DNA of 64,000 nucleotides from NCBI GenBank assembly GCA_000165345.1, contig CM000433.1, positions 576,001 to 640,000 of the forward strand, read 5' to 3'. Shown piece by piece: positions 54,020 to 64,000 of this stretch (position 1 is its first letter; each line of letters starts with the position of its first letter). The notes under the pieces were generated by a model. It saw only the letters and a program-made list of their open reading frames with translations, ran no database searches and was not told where the DNA came from. The position numbers and the translations under genes were made by a program.

Positions 54020-54134
54020 TGGAAAAAGGAGAGGAAATTCGAATTTAATAAAAAGAAGAACTGAAAGACTCAGCTCAGAGAAATCAATTAAAGAAAGTAT
54101 ATTTGATAAGTTACTTGTAAGAAAGAAATCAGTN
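53978..54134. other. low-quality or ambiguous sequence (13 N characters) that interrupts the VPS13 reading frame
   Basis: N appears at 53978, 53985, 53988, 53993-95, 53997, 54000, 54002, 54009 and 54133. The flanking ORFs are in different frames (frame 2 versus frame 0), which is consistent with indel errors. Confidence 0.9.
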
Positions 54135-57100
54135 TTGGATACAAGTATTCTTTATTCACAAGAATCAGAAATGTCAAATATTTCAAATATAAGCAAAACA
54201 AATTACAATTTATATTATGTTTGGAGATATTTAAAACCAAATCACAAGATTTCATTCAGTAGAGACGAATATGGAAATAGTTACCCAATAGTGGTTAGAA
54301 TTCGAATCTTGAACGATGCTTTCGATCTTAATAATATTACAATGGATAAAGTTAATATGGAGGTAGTTTACCTTGGACTAAGTGAAAGAAATCAAGCAAG
54401 AATACCTTTACTAATAAAGACTGATATTATGAATAATCATTCATATTTGATTTCAATTTCCTCACGAGTTTTTATTTCAAACAATACAAGCAATATTATC
54501 AGATTAATACCAAATCCTAAGAATGTTGAAGATTTTCTAAATAATAATTTTTTCATCCCCCCAACAAGTAACAAACCAATTCTTGTTTCAAAATATAATG
54601 GAAAATTTTATGAGACTATTTCCAGAAAATTTATTGATAAAAATTATATTTCAAGTATATTAGACGAAGAAATTAATAAGACCAACTATAATAATAATGA
54701 TTATATTAATATTTTAATTCAATCAAATCTTTTCTGCAAGAATTTCAATCCTGACTTTTTTACACTCTATTTAAATCCAAATACGTATACATGCATGCCC
54801 ATGTGGACATCAATACCGGTATTGCATGCAGGCAGTAAGAATGACATGTTAAAATTCATTCCACTGCGCGCAGTAATAAATAATGTTTGGTTGGAGTCAG
54901 TGATAAGAAATAAAGAAGAAAGAAAAAATCGAGTTTCTATAAAAATACCAACGGATGATGAGAATAAGAATAAAGATATAGATGAAGAAGAGGAAGTCTT
55001 AAGGAATGATTTTTTAGTGGATAATGAGGAGTTATTGAGTGAATATTCGAGTATTTACAATCGTTTGAGTACATCTTCTGAGCAGATAGTGCAGAATAAA
55101 TGTTATAAGAAGTTGTTAACTACTAATACATCAGGAAAAAAGAAGAGTTATTATGGTTCAATCACAATTCAGTTAACAAGAAGATTACAATCGGGAGATT
55201 TGAATACAGAAAGTTTAGAGAATGGTATTGGTGGTGGTAGAAGTAGCAGTGTTAGTGGTAGTAATAATGGAAATAATAATACTGGTGAAAGTGGAGTTGT
55301 ATCAATATGTTCATCGATTTGTGAATATTTTCAAAAAGATACAAGAAGTAATCTCAACTCTTTCATGCTTGTTATTAAATTGGATATCCCTTTAATTATT
55401 GAGAATAATTTATTAATTCCTGTTCAGCTTTCATTCAATAAAGAAAAAGAAAAACATAGTAAAATAAATGGTTCAATAGAACATGTTCCAAATGATAGAG
55501 ATGAAATTAATAACAATGAAAGAATAAGTAATAATGGAAGTATCACGGGCCAAACACCAGGAAATAGTAATGATAGAATTGGGTCAGTTTTAGAAATATC
55601 AAAGACAGATAACCCTAGAGAAGATGAAGAAGGAAGTGAAGGAGAAGATGGAATTTCTGAGTTGATTGATAAAGTTATGTATATGAATGATCCCAATAGA
55701 TCAAATATTAATTTAAAAAATAATGAGAGAATTTTATTAGAATCTTTACCAACATCATTAAGTTTGAATATAATGGATATATCTTTTGGTAAGTTTTTTG
55801 GATTCTATAAATCTTCTCAGATTCAAATAAATTATAATTCAACAACAAAAGAACTTAATAAGGAAATTCTTGTTCCTTTAAAACTTAACAATGGATATAA
55901 GCTTATGCCAAATAATGATATTGCAAAAATTAGTGGTATTAGTGCTGTCATAACTAATGGATTTCTTCCAAGTTCTACTTGTATAAATGTTATGTTTGAA
56001 AATAATAGAACTGATTACATTTCCAAAGACTTTATTCCAAGACAAAAACAAGATTTTAATTATTATATGGATAATATTACCAGCCTAGATATCAAAACTT
56101 ATAATAAAGCTTATCCAGAATCTCAAGCTAATAATAATAATAATAACAATAATATTAATATTAATAATAATTTGGATATTTCTACTCCATGGAATGGATA
56201 TTATTGCAATGCATATAATACTTGTAAAATCAGATTAAATGTCTATGCTCCATTTTGGATTAATAATAGACAACATATACCAATTTATGTATTACAAAAG
56301 TCACAACTTTTCTCTAGATATAGATTAGGATCCAATGAATTTAAGATCCTTCCTACTAATAATGGAAAAAGTGATCTGGGTATTGCTTTAAATCCAGAAC
56401 TATCAAAGAAATGTCATTCTCCTTTTGTTCATATTGAAAGAGCTAATATTGTTGGAACTATTACTGTACCTTCAAAAAAATTCAATAATATTTCTCATTC
56501 TTTTGGTAATCATTTAAATTCAAGCTTGAGTAATCAAAATATTATTATAAGGGATATCATGTCAAGCAGTAATTTTGGATTAAAACTTGGATATTGTGTT
56601 ACAACTATTAACAATTTCTCCAAATCTCCAAATTTCATGATTAATATTTACAATAAATATATTATTGTTAATTATCATAACTTACCCATTTGGATACGAG
56701 AATCTAATAAGTTTGGAAGTTGGGTATATATTCCACCAAATATATCAATTCCTTTTCATCCATTGGATAGTAAAGATGTTTCTGTTATTGAAGTTACCTT
56801 TTTGGATCCAAAAATTATTGAAGAATATGAAAAAAAGTATCAAATCAATCTTGGTCATATTCCATATAAAACTTTACCTCTTTCTATTGACAATTTATAT
56901 GATATTCAAGTCAGATTAGTTTCTTCTTTGAATAATATTCCATTAATTAATACTAATAATAATCATGAAGAAAAAGAAAATATTAAAGATGATCAACTTG
57001 ATAATAAAATTGGAAATCTTCACTTTACTTACATTCTTTCATCAATTTCGATATATTCCATTAATTCATCAACATCTTACCAAATTAATATATATCCATC

Positions 57101-60100
57101 ACAAATCCCAGATTTTTCTATTGTTAATGAAACTCCATGTAATATATTTATTAGACAATTAAATACATCATCTTGGAATCATTTTAACCCTATTTCTGAC
57201 TCCAATTATGCTTTGTTGGATCCTTTTGGAGATCATATACTGGAACTTGTTGTTGGAGTTTCTTTAGGGAATTTTGATTTAGCTAAGATATCAAAAAAGA
57301 ATACAATATTACACAGCAAAAGAGATCATGGTAGTTTTGGACATCATAATAGACATCACCATCATCATAATTATCATCGTGATTCTATGGCATTTCATGA
57401 TTTCTCTTCAATACCTTTATATTTATATAATGATCACAGTATTCATTTCTGGTATAAAAATAAGAAAAATCTTAATTTAAATAAGGTATTAACTCATTCC
57501 AGACTTTTTATTCCTGAATATAATAGTATGCTTTATATTGTAATGCTTATTGAAAATGGTACAAGAGTTATCAACATTTCATTTGATAATACCTTATATA
57601 AAAGAAGACGTAATGAAATTAGAACTGTAAATCAAAGTAATACGCATATTAAGAGTAATAAATTCGATACTACTTCTCTTCAAATAAAAGGTTTAGATCG
57701 TGATGAAGATTCTGGGCATGATTTAAACCAAAGTAAGGTGAATATTAATAATATTATTGACTCTGATATTGGTCTTGAAGAAGGTAATGATGATCAGGAT
57801 CTTGTTCTTAATCACAGTGGAAAGTCTATCTTTAAGACATTGGGAAATAAATTAAAAAACCCAAAGAGATTTAGAAATAAAGATGAAAGATTAAATTATG
57901 GTGATGACGATGATGATGATGATGATAATAATAATAATGATAATGATGATATTGATGATCATTATGATCATGACGATGAAATTCAAGGAAATAATGAAAT
58001 AATTAATAGGGATAAGAGTAAATCTATTATTGGTGAAACGGGAGTAAACACTGAAACTAAAAATGTAAAATCATTTGAGACTATTAAAGATGGAGAAATT
58101 AATATTGATCAAAGTACAAGTATGATGACAGCAGTTTCTTCATTTGAGACAGAACTTTCACAATTCAGCAATTCCAATCTATCTAGAGTTTCTTCTGGTC
58201 AAAATTTATTCTTACTTGTTGACAAATTAAGACCTGAAACAAGAATATGTTTTGAAATGAATATATTATGTGATGGTTTTGGAGTATCATTCTTATCAAA
58301 TACTAATAAGGAAATTACTTATATGTCATTCCAGAAGATAAGCTTTAAGTTAGAGAATTCTAAAACAAATTATGAACAATTTCACATGAGATTCAGAATT
58401 ATTGAATTTCAATTAGATAACCATATTGCTACTTCAGCTGAAAATACAATAATTAGAAAAGCTACTCCAAATGAATTTCTAAGACTTTCAAAACTAAATA
58501 ATAAAAAGAAAGAAACAAAAAAAGATTCCAAATTAAGAAATGAATCTAATGAAATAAATGAAAATTCTAATAAGAATAAGGTTGTTAATGATGATTTTGA
58601 TGATGAATTAAATGGAATTGAAGATGATAGTTATTATGGAATAGAGTCATTACTTTCAGTTGGAGTTGTTACTTTAGGAGAAGTAATAAAGAAGAAGAGT
58701 GAGATTATTCATATTCATAATAAATTATTAGAATATATGACAGTTGGAACTCATGAAAATTTGGATTTATCAAGTAGAAATAAAAAAATCAAAGAAATAC
58801 TTTGTATGGAATCATTTCTTGATTTACAATTTAGTATTATTATGGATAATAGTAATGATATTTCTAATAAATATGGAAGTAATGGTGTAATAGAAATTCC
58901 TTATCTTTATTTTTGGATATATCCTTTAAGTATACATTTGGATATTGATACAATAAAGGAAATGGTTTCAATTTTAGAACAATTAATTAATAGAATACTT
59001 TCACCAACGGAAGAATTGGATAATACAAAATCAATATCTTTGCAAAGTTTACCTTTAGTAGAGAATCTTAAAAAAGTTTCTAAATATGTTTATATTCAAC
59101 TACTTTTAATGAATCCAATACAAATTTTATGTTCAACAAGTAAAAGTACTTGGAATATATCAGAAAACCAAAGTTCAAACTTTACTGACTATTATAATGT
59201 AATGAATAATATTGCTAAGATGGGTGAGAGTGAAGTTATTGTTCGTGAGATTCTTCCAATAATTCAAAGTTATGGAGTTGGAGGAGTTAACTTGAAATCA
59301 TTACTAAATTTTAAGATAATGAATAATTTTGGGAATCCATATTTGAATTTTAACAATGAATTAACTTTGAATAATGCTATTATAATGGAAAGGATTAATA
59401 TTGGAAATTTATGTCATAAGAATGATAAAAGTGAATGTATAAATGTTAATGTTTCAGAAAATGATATTAGAAAAGCTGCAATTACAGCTGAAGCTAGAGA
59501 TGTAGTTGGACAACTTGGAGATACTGGAAATATAACAAAGAATCATTTAGGTCAAGGTCAAATACAAAATAATTTAACAATGAATAAAACTGGAACTGAA
59601 TTTTTATTAAATATTTTACAATGGCTATCTTCAATGCCATTCTCAAATGTACCAATCGAATTTAAAGGAGTAATTAATGAATCTATATTTTTGGATAGTG
59701 AAAAATGTCTTGTTCAGATTGGAGATTTGTATAGACAACAAATATTTTCTCATATAGGTAAAATTATTGGATCTATTGACTTAATTGGTAATCCTATTGA
59801 TATTTATATTCTTGTTAAAGAAGGATTATTGGCATCCAAATATCATTTTGATCTTTATAAAAGAGCTACAAAGCTTAAAGAGAAGATTCAGGAGAATATG
59901 ACAAGAAAAAGGATTCAAAAGAATGAGAAACTTAATGGAAGGATAGATAGTAATAAAGGTATAGATTTAGATATAAATGATATGAAAAATTACAACAAAA
60001 ATATTGAAATGGTTGAGGTTGAGAATAAAAATTTGGAAAGTTTGATAGAAATTGGATCCTATGATAATATTGAAGATTATGACTATGATTCAATGAGTGA

Positions 60101-62108
60101 GGAAATAAATTATCAAACAGAGAAAGAACAGTTAGAAGAACAATATCAATATCTAATCGATTTTTGTTATGAATTAGATGAAAAACAAACAACAAAAACA
60201 TATGATGAAGAAGTTGATAATTTTTTGAAGAATAATAAATCATTAGTATTAAAATTGAATGCAGAATTAATGACTAAATTATTATTCTTTTCAATTAAAG
60301 AGATTATGGTTGGATTACATATTCTCGTAGGTACAGGAATTGCAGTAGCATCTCAAGTAATTGTAAGAATATCAAGTGCAATATTACATTTATTTGAAGT
60401 AACATATTTATTAGATCAAGATTGTTTAATGAGTATTTGGTATGGGACACCATTATTTATGAGCAGGTATATTGCAGATAATCCAAATAATTTGATAGAA
60501 GGTTTAATTACGGGATTATTACGTTCTTTATTAATAATAATGAGCATAATAATAAATTTTTGGCAGGTACCTAAAAAGATGTATAGACAGATGGGTAATT
60601 GGGGTATATTTTTGGGTATGTTTTTAGCAATAGTGAGAATAATACCAGCAGGCTTTGCATCTTTTCTCACTTTATTTTATGGTGTTTCTTCAGGTGTAGT
60701 TCAAAGTTTACGTACAAGAATCCCAGTAAGTCATATAAGAACTGTAAGGGTAATTTGTAATGGAAGTCCAATATTACCATATAACCCTCAACATAGTATT
60801 GCAACAATGATAATAGATTCATTAAAGTTAGTCAATGATGTGAAAGAATCAAATATAATAAATTTTATATCATTCAAGAATCAAACAAATAATTGTAGTG
60901 GATCATCAAGCTTAGATAATAATATTGATGATATAATATTGAATAATAAAAGACGACCTGTTGATAAGAGTGGGATAGAGAAGAAGTTTTTGATATATAA
61001 ATTATTGGAAAATAAGGAGGATTCAAGTTTAAGTCATTATAATGGTATAATTATATTTAAGGAAAGTATTTCATTATTAAAATCAGGAAAATTGGTTTGG
61101 ATGGTTCCATTGATAAATATTAATAGAATTAATCTATATTTGGTTTTAAATAATGGTAATAATAAATCAGAAGATAATAACAATAGATTAAATAGAAGAA
61201 GGATAAAGGATATATTTTATAGTAGAGAAAAGGGTAAGACAAGAAGGAATACAGCTTTTGAAAATTTGTTGGATATTGAGAGTCATTTCTTAGGTATTAA
61301 TAAGAAAGATGAAAATGAAAGTAATGGTGATGGCGATGAAAATAGTAATATTGGTGGGAATAATATCAATAATGAAAATATGGCAGTAAAAAATGATAAT
61401 AGTGGTAATAGTTTTAATAAGAGATCGTTTGAATTTCATCTTTTCATTAAACCATGGAGTTATTTGGATGATATAATAGAAAATAATACGAGTCAAAATA
61501 ACAAATCTTGTTTAAATAGAGCAAAAGGTGGAGGAACATTTGTAGGTGGTAGTTCAAAATTTTTTTCAAATAATAATAACAAAAGTTCTATTGGATTTGG
61601 TGATATAATTACAAAAAATGGAAGAAATCTTCTTCCACAATCAAAAAATATTATTTCAAAATTTAATAAATGGAAAGCTAAAAGAATGAGAAAGAAAGGA
61701 ATAAACTTATTTTCTGATAAGAAATTTATGAAACAATTATTATTACCAAAAAAAATTGAAAATGTTCATATTAATAAAAGATTTACTATGAATGAGAGAA
61801 GTCTTATAAACTTTAAGACAAATAACAAAGCTTTGAATGATTTAATAATTTCAATGGATGAGAATAGAGCAGTAATGACCAATTTTAATTTGAATAATAA
61901 TTCATTCATTTCATTTCCATCAATTACAATGTCATCATTTTCATCAGTAAATTTAGGTCAAAAGAGTTCTTCATCTTTTTCCAACGATAGCCAATTTCAA
62001 TTGAGTTCATGTAAACAATTTTCAGAAAAGATAATTTTTACAGTTGAAGATAAGGATGACGCAATTAAGGTATTTTCTGTTTTATCAAGGTATATCAATT
62101 CTGAATGA
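54135..62108 (+). CDS. VPS13: VPS13-like protein, continuation (2657 aa); probably the same gene as 47111-54019
   Basis: Giant same-strand ORF that starts immediately after the ambiguity region. The C-terminal part has amphipathic/hydrophobic helices (GLITGLLRSLLIIMSIIINFWQ...GIFLGMFLAIVRIIPAGFASFLTLFYGVSSGVVQSLRT), which resembles the VPS13 ATG_C region. The combined length, about 4,960 codons, is compatible with apicomplexan VPS13. Confidence 0.75.
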   Translation: MDTSILYSQESEMSNISNISKTNYNLYYVWRYLKPNHKISFSRDEYGNSYPIVVRIRILNDAFDLNNITMDKVNMEVVYLGLSERNQARIPLLIKTDIMNNHSYLISISSRVFISNNTSNIIRLIPNPKNVEDFLNNNFFIPPTSNKPILVSKYNGKFYETISRKFIDKNYISSILDEEINKTNYNNNDYINILIQSNLFCKNFNPDFFTLYLNPNTYTCMPMWTSIPVLHAGSKNDMLKFIPLRAVINNVWLESVIRNKEERKNRVSIKIPTDDENKNKDIDEEEEVLRNDFLVDNEELLSEYSSIYNRLSTSSEQIVQNKCYKKLLTTNTSGKKKSYYGSITIQLTRRLQSGDLNTESLENGIGGGRSSSVSGSNNGNNNTGESGVVSICSSICEYFQKDTRSNLNSFMLVIKLDIPLIIENNLLIPVQLSFNKEKEKHSKINGSIEHVPNDRDEINNNERISNNGSITGQTPGNSNDRIGSVLEISKTDNPREDEEGSEGEDGISELIDKVMYMNDPNRSNINLKNNERILLESLPTSLSLNIMDISFGKFFGFYKSSQIQINYNSTTKELNKEILVPLKLNNGYKLMPNNDIAKISGISAVITNGFLPSSTCINVMFENNRTDYISKDFIPRQKQDFNYYMDNITSLDIKTYNKAYPESQANNNNNNNNININNNLDISTPWNGYYCNAYNTCKIRLNVYAPFWINNRQHIPIYVLQKSQLFSRYRLGSNEFKILPTNNGKSDLGIALNPELSKKCHSPFVHIERANIVGTITVPSKKFNNISHSFGNHLNSSLSNQNIIIRDIMSSSNFGLKLGYCVTTINNFSKSPNFMINIYNKYIIVNYHNLPIWIRESNKFGSWVYIPPNISIPFHPLDSKDVSVIEVTFLDPKIIEEYEKKYQINLGHIPYKTLPLSIDNLYDIQVRLVSSLNNIPLINTNNNHEEKENIKDDQLDNKIGNLHFTYILSSISIYSINSSTSYQINIYPSQIPDFSIVNETPCNIFIRQLNTSSWNHFNPISDSNYALLDPFGDHILELVVGVSLGNFDLAKISKKNTILHSKRDHGSFGHHNRHHHHHNYHRDSMAFHDFSSIPLYLYNDHSIHFWYKNKKNLNLNKVLTHSRLFIPEYNSMLYIVMLIENGTRVINISFDNTLYKRRRNEIRTVNQSNTHIKSNKFDTTSLQIKGLDRDEDSGHDLNQSKVNINNIIDSDIGLEEGNDDQDLVLNHSGKSIFKTLGNKLKNPKRFRNKDERLNYGDDDDDDDDNNNNDNDDIDDHYDHDDEIQGNNEIINRDKSKSIIGETGVNTETKNVKSFETIKDGEINIDQSTSMMTAVSSFETELSQFSNSNLSRVSSGQNLFLLVDKLRPETRICFEMNILCDGFGVSFLSNTNKEITYMSFQKISFKLENSKTNYEQFHMRFRIIEFQLDNHIATSAENTIIRKATPNEFLRLSKLNNKKKETKKDSKLRNESNEINENSNKNKVVNDDFDDELNGIEDDSYYGIESLLSVGVVTLGEVIKKKSEIIHIHNKLLEYMTVGTHENLDLSSRNKKIKEILCMESFLDLQFSIIMDNSNDISNKYGSNGVIEIPYLYFWIYPLSIHLDIDTIKEMVSILEQLINRILSPTEELDNTKSISLQSLPLVENLKKVSKYVYIQLLLMNPIQILCSTSKSTWNISENQSSNFTDYYNVMNNIAKMGESEVIVREILPIIQSYGVGGVNLKSLLNFKIMNNFGNPYLNFNNELTLNNAIIMERINIGNLCHKNDKSECINVNVSENDIRKAAITAEARDVVGQLGDTGNITKNHLGQGQIQNNLTMNKTGTEFLLNILQWLSSMPFSNVPIEFKGVINESIFLDSEKCLVQIGDLYRQQIFSHIGKIIGSIDLIGNPIDIYILVKEGLLASKYHFDLYKRATKLKEKIQENMTRKRIQKNEKLNGRIDSNKGIDLDINDMKNYNKNIEMVEVENKNLESLIEIGSYDNIEDYDYDSMSEEINYQTEKEQLEEQYQYLIDFCYELDEKQTTKTYDEEVDNFLKNNKSLVLKLNAELMTKLLFFSIKEIMVGLHILVGTGIAVASQVIVRISSAILHLFEVTYLLDQDCLMSIWYGTPLFMSRYIADNPNNLIEGLITGLLRSLLIIMSIIINFWQVPKKMYRQMGNWGIFLGMFLAIVRIIPAGFASFLTLFYGVSSGVVQSLRTRIPVSHIRTVRVICNGSPILPYNPQHSIATMIIDSLKLVNDVKESNIINFISFKNQTNNCSGSSSLDNNIDDIILNNKRRPVDKSGIEKKFLIYKLLENKEDSSLSHYNGIIIFKESISLLKSGKLVWMVPLININRINLYLVLNNGNNKSEDNNNRLNRRRIKDIFYSREKGKTRRNTAFENLLDIESHFLGINKKDENESNGDGDENSNIGGNNINNENMAVKNDNSGNSFNKRSFEFHLFIKPWSYLDDIIENNTSQNNKSCLNRAKGGGTFVGGSSKFFSNNNNKSSIGFGDIITKNGRNLLPQSKNIISKFNKWKAKRMRKKGINLFSDKKFMKQLLLPKKIENVHINKRFTMNERSLINFKTNNKALNDLIISMDENRAVMTNFNLNNNSFISFPSITMSSFSSVNLGQKSSSSFSNDSQFQLSSCKQFSEKIIFTVEDKDDAIKVFSVLSRYINSE
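54788..54875. promoter_or_regulatory. intragenic promoter-like module inside the VPS13 ORF: TGCATGC x2, AATACCGGTATTGCATGCA, CTGCGCGCAG
   Basis: The sequence is tacatgcatgcccatgtggacatcaataccggtattgcatgcaggcagtaaga...ccactgcgcgcagtaat. The same composite occurs in six intergenic promoters in this window. Confidence 0.4.
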
Positions 62109-62242
62109 AATTTCTTTTTTTTTTTTTGTAAATATTTTACTCAAAAAGAATTAATTGGCGTAATAATACAATGGTAGTAAAATTTCCACCTTTTTTTCTT
62201 AATTTTTATTTTAATTTAATAATAATTTTCAAAAACAAATGT

Positions 62243-62332
62243 TGCATGCATGCAATCATTAATTTTTAACTTACGTGGAAACACGTAAGCAAAAAAAAAT
62301 TGCGCAAAATTTGCACATGAATGCCGGTATAG
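62243..62332. promoter_or_regulatory. promoter module of the DHH gene: TGCATGCATGCA, perfect inverted repeat cttacgtg-gaaa-cacgtaag (62270-62289), TTGCGCAAA, TGCCGGTAT
   Basis: Direct reading. It lies 160-250 bp upstream of the ATG at 62492. Confidence 0.5.
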
Positions 62333-62491
62333 GAAAAAATTAGTGGTAGAATTAATTAATTATTTAATAAAAGAATTTTTTTTTTTTTTAATTAATTGAA
62401 TTAAATTAAAGTAAATAATAATAGAACAAAATATCTAATTTTTAATTATTTTATACTCAGATTTAAGATAGATTGAAAGAAGGAAATAATA

Positions 62492-64000
62492 ATGGATTTG
62501 GAGTTGAGAAGATATTATAATGATTTATTGTACAAAGCAGAGAAAAAAGAGAATGATAAGGATGATAAGAATATTATGAATGGAAGAATGATGTATAATT
62601 TAGTAATTGGAAATAAAAGTGCTGATTTGGTAAGTTAAAATTAGAAATTTATTTTTTTTCAATAATTGAATTAATTTTAAATAATTATTAAAATAAAGGA
62701 TTCAATAGTTTCAGCAATTACATATTCAAGAATATTAAATTTGATTAATAATACAATAAATTTTGATGAAAATAATAAAATATATGGAATACATTTACCA
62801 GTAATAAATTGCAATAGAAATGAATTAAAATTAAAGTTTCCATTAATTGCTTTAATAAATTATTTCTCAAATAATCAAGATAATGATTCAGGAGATGATT
62901 TTCAAATTGAAAATATGCCATTTATATGTTTAGATGATGATATAATTAATGAATTGATACTTGAGATGGAGAAATTAGATAATGAAAAAAAACATGTAAA
63001 TTTTGGGCATTATATAACATTGGTTGATCATAATACATTGGATACATTTCAAAAGAAGTAAGTTTAATAATTAAAAAAAAAAATTCTATCAATTAATTGA
63101 TAATTAAATTATTTTATTAATATCAGTTTTAATGAAAGAGTGGTTTCTATTGTGGATCATCATCAAGATTACATGACTACAAAGTCAAATTATAGATTAT
63201 CATTGGGAACTAATATAGGAAGCTGTTCAACATTAATTGGAAAAATTGTAAGTTAAAATTAAACTTGAGAAATTATTTTTTATTAATTTAATATGTAAAA
63301 ATTTAATTCAAGTGGAGAGATTCTTATGAAAAAGGAAAGATAAATCAACAAACTTTGATAGAAAATAAAATATTTCTCGAGATGATTGTTTGTACAATAT
63401 TAAAAGGTAGGTTTTATTAAAATAATAATAAGTTCGAATTTTTATTATTGTGATATTAAATATATATATACTATTTTAGATACTTGTAACTTTAACCAAA
63501 AATTATCAGGAAAAAGATGGAGCTCTTTAGATTTGGAAGTTTATAATTGGATAATAGAAATATTATCTTTAATAGAAAAAAATAATGAAGAAATCATAAG
63601 TAAAAAGTACACTGATTTATATATAAATTTTTTAAAGAATGCTAATCGAAATATAGATATAATATTTAATAATGAACTTATTGAATTATTTAAAATGGAT
63701 TACAAAGATTTTATTTACAATAATAAATTTGGAAATGAAGTTGTTATTATTGGCTATTCCAGTTTTGAAATTGATTTATTAGAGATAATAAAACATTATA
63801 AAGAGAATTTTCAAACAGATATTAAGAATTTTATATTAAATAATAAATTAAATTTATTTATAATTTTAAGTAATTATATATATAAAACAGAAGATCATCA
63901 AAATGAAGAAATGAAAAAAAAAATAATTATTTCATATATTAATAATGATCACAGTCAAGTTCAAAATCTTCATAATCTTGTAATTAAATGCTTAGAAACA
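62492..64000 (+). CDS. DHH-family phosphoesterase (prune / exopolyphosphatase PPX1-like), 5' part; predicted five exons
   Basis: The predicted structure is join(62492..62629,62699..63057,63127..63247,63313..63406,63480..>64000). Introns 1-3 begin with GTAAGT and intron 4 with GTAGGT. All four end in AG and are 65-73 nt long. Splicing reconstitutes DHH motif I across the exon 1/2 junction (VIGNKSADL|DSIVSAI; compare prune GNESCDLDS). It also gives LVDHN (motif II) and VVSIVDHHQD (motif III). The frame stays open to the window end. Confidence 0.7.

Noticed and set aside
53978-54134. N-run as a biological gene boundary between two giant genes
   Set aside because: The frames differ and the stop codon lies among ambiguous bases. 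A sequencing artefact is more parsimonious.
1-64000. Telomeric (TTTAGG)n arrays, rRNA genes, transposons
   Set aside because: None found. Only isolated cctaaa hexamers occur. There are no long terminal or inverted repeat pairs with coding capacity.

Overview
The window looks like a gene-dense segment of an AT-rich apicomplexan chromosome, most probably Cryptosporidium; it is not prokaryotic. The evidence is about 30% GC, long uninterrupted ORFs with N/S/K-rich low-complexity inserts, few short GTAAGT...AG introns, and intergenic regions full of E2F-like GGCGGGAA / TGGCGCCA boxes and TGCATGCA boxes. I support about 25 protein-coding genes.

The recognisable ones are:
- a CAD-family Zn-alcohol dehydrogenase;
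- 40S ribosomal protein eS10;
- ADF/cofilin;
- a katanin/fidgetin-clade AAA ATPase;
- a Ulp1/SENP SUMO protease;
- a divergent ARF-like GTPase;
- a RanBP2-zinc-finger protein;
- an insulinase (M16)-like protein whose zinc-binding motif is degenerate;
- a giant VPS13/chorein-N lipid-transfer protein, split into two ORFs by a run of N bases;
- a DHH-family (prune/exopolyphosphatase-like) phosphoesterase with four predicted introns.

Seven consecutive same-strand genes between 10.2 and 34.8 kb encode predicted secreted proteins with no recognisable domains. One of them ends in a strong WH2 actin-binding motif. There are no rRNA or tRNA genes, CRISPR arrays, transposons or telomere repeats.

The hunt findings are:
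- the secreted-protein cluster;
- a recurring composite promoter module (TGCATGCA + ATACCGGTAT +/- CACGT inverted repeat), found once inside the VPS13 ORF and once inside a predicted intron;
- promoter-motif clusters between convergent genes, which suggest unannotated transcripts;
- introns that split a signal peptide and a conserved catalytic motif;
- several structured repeats.
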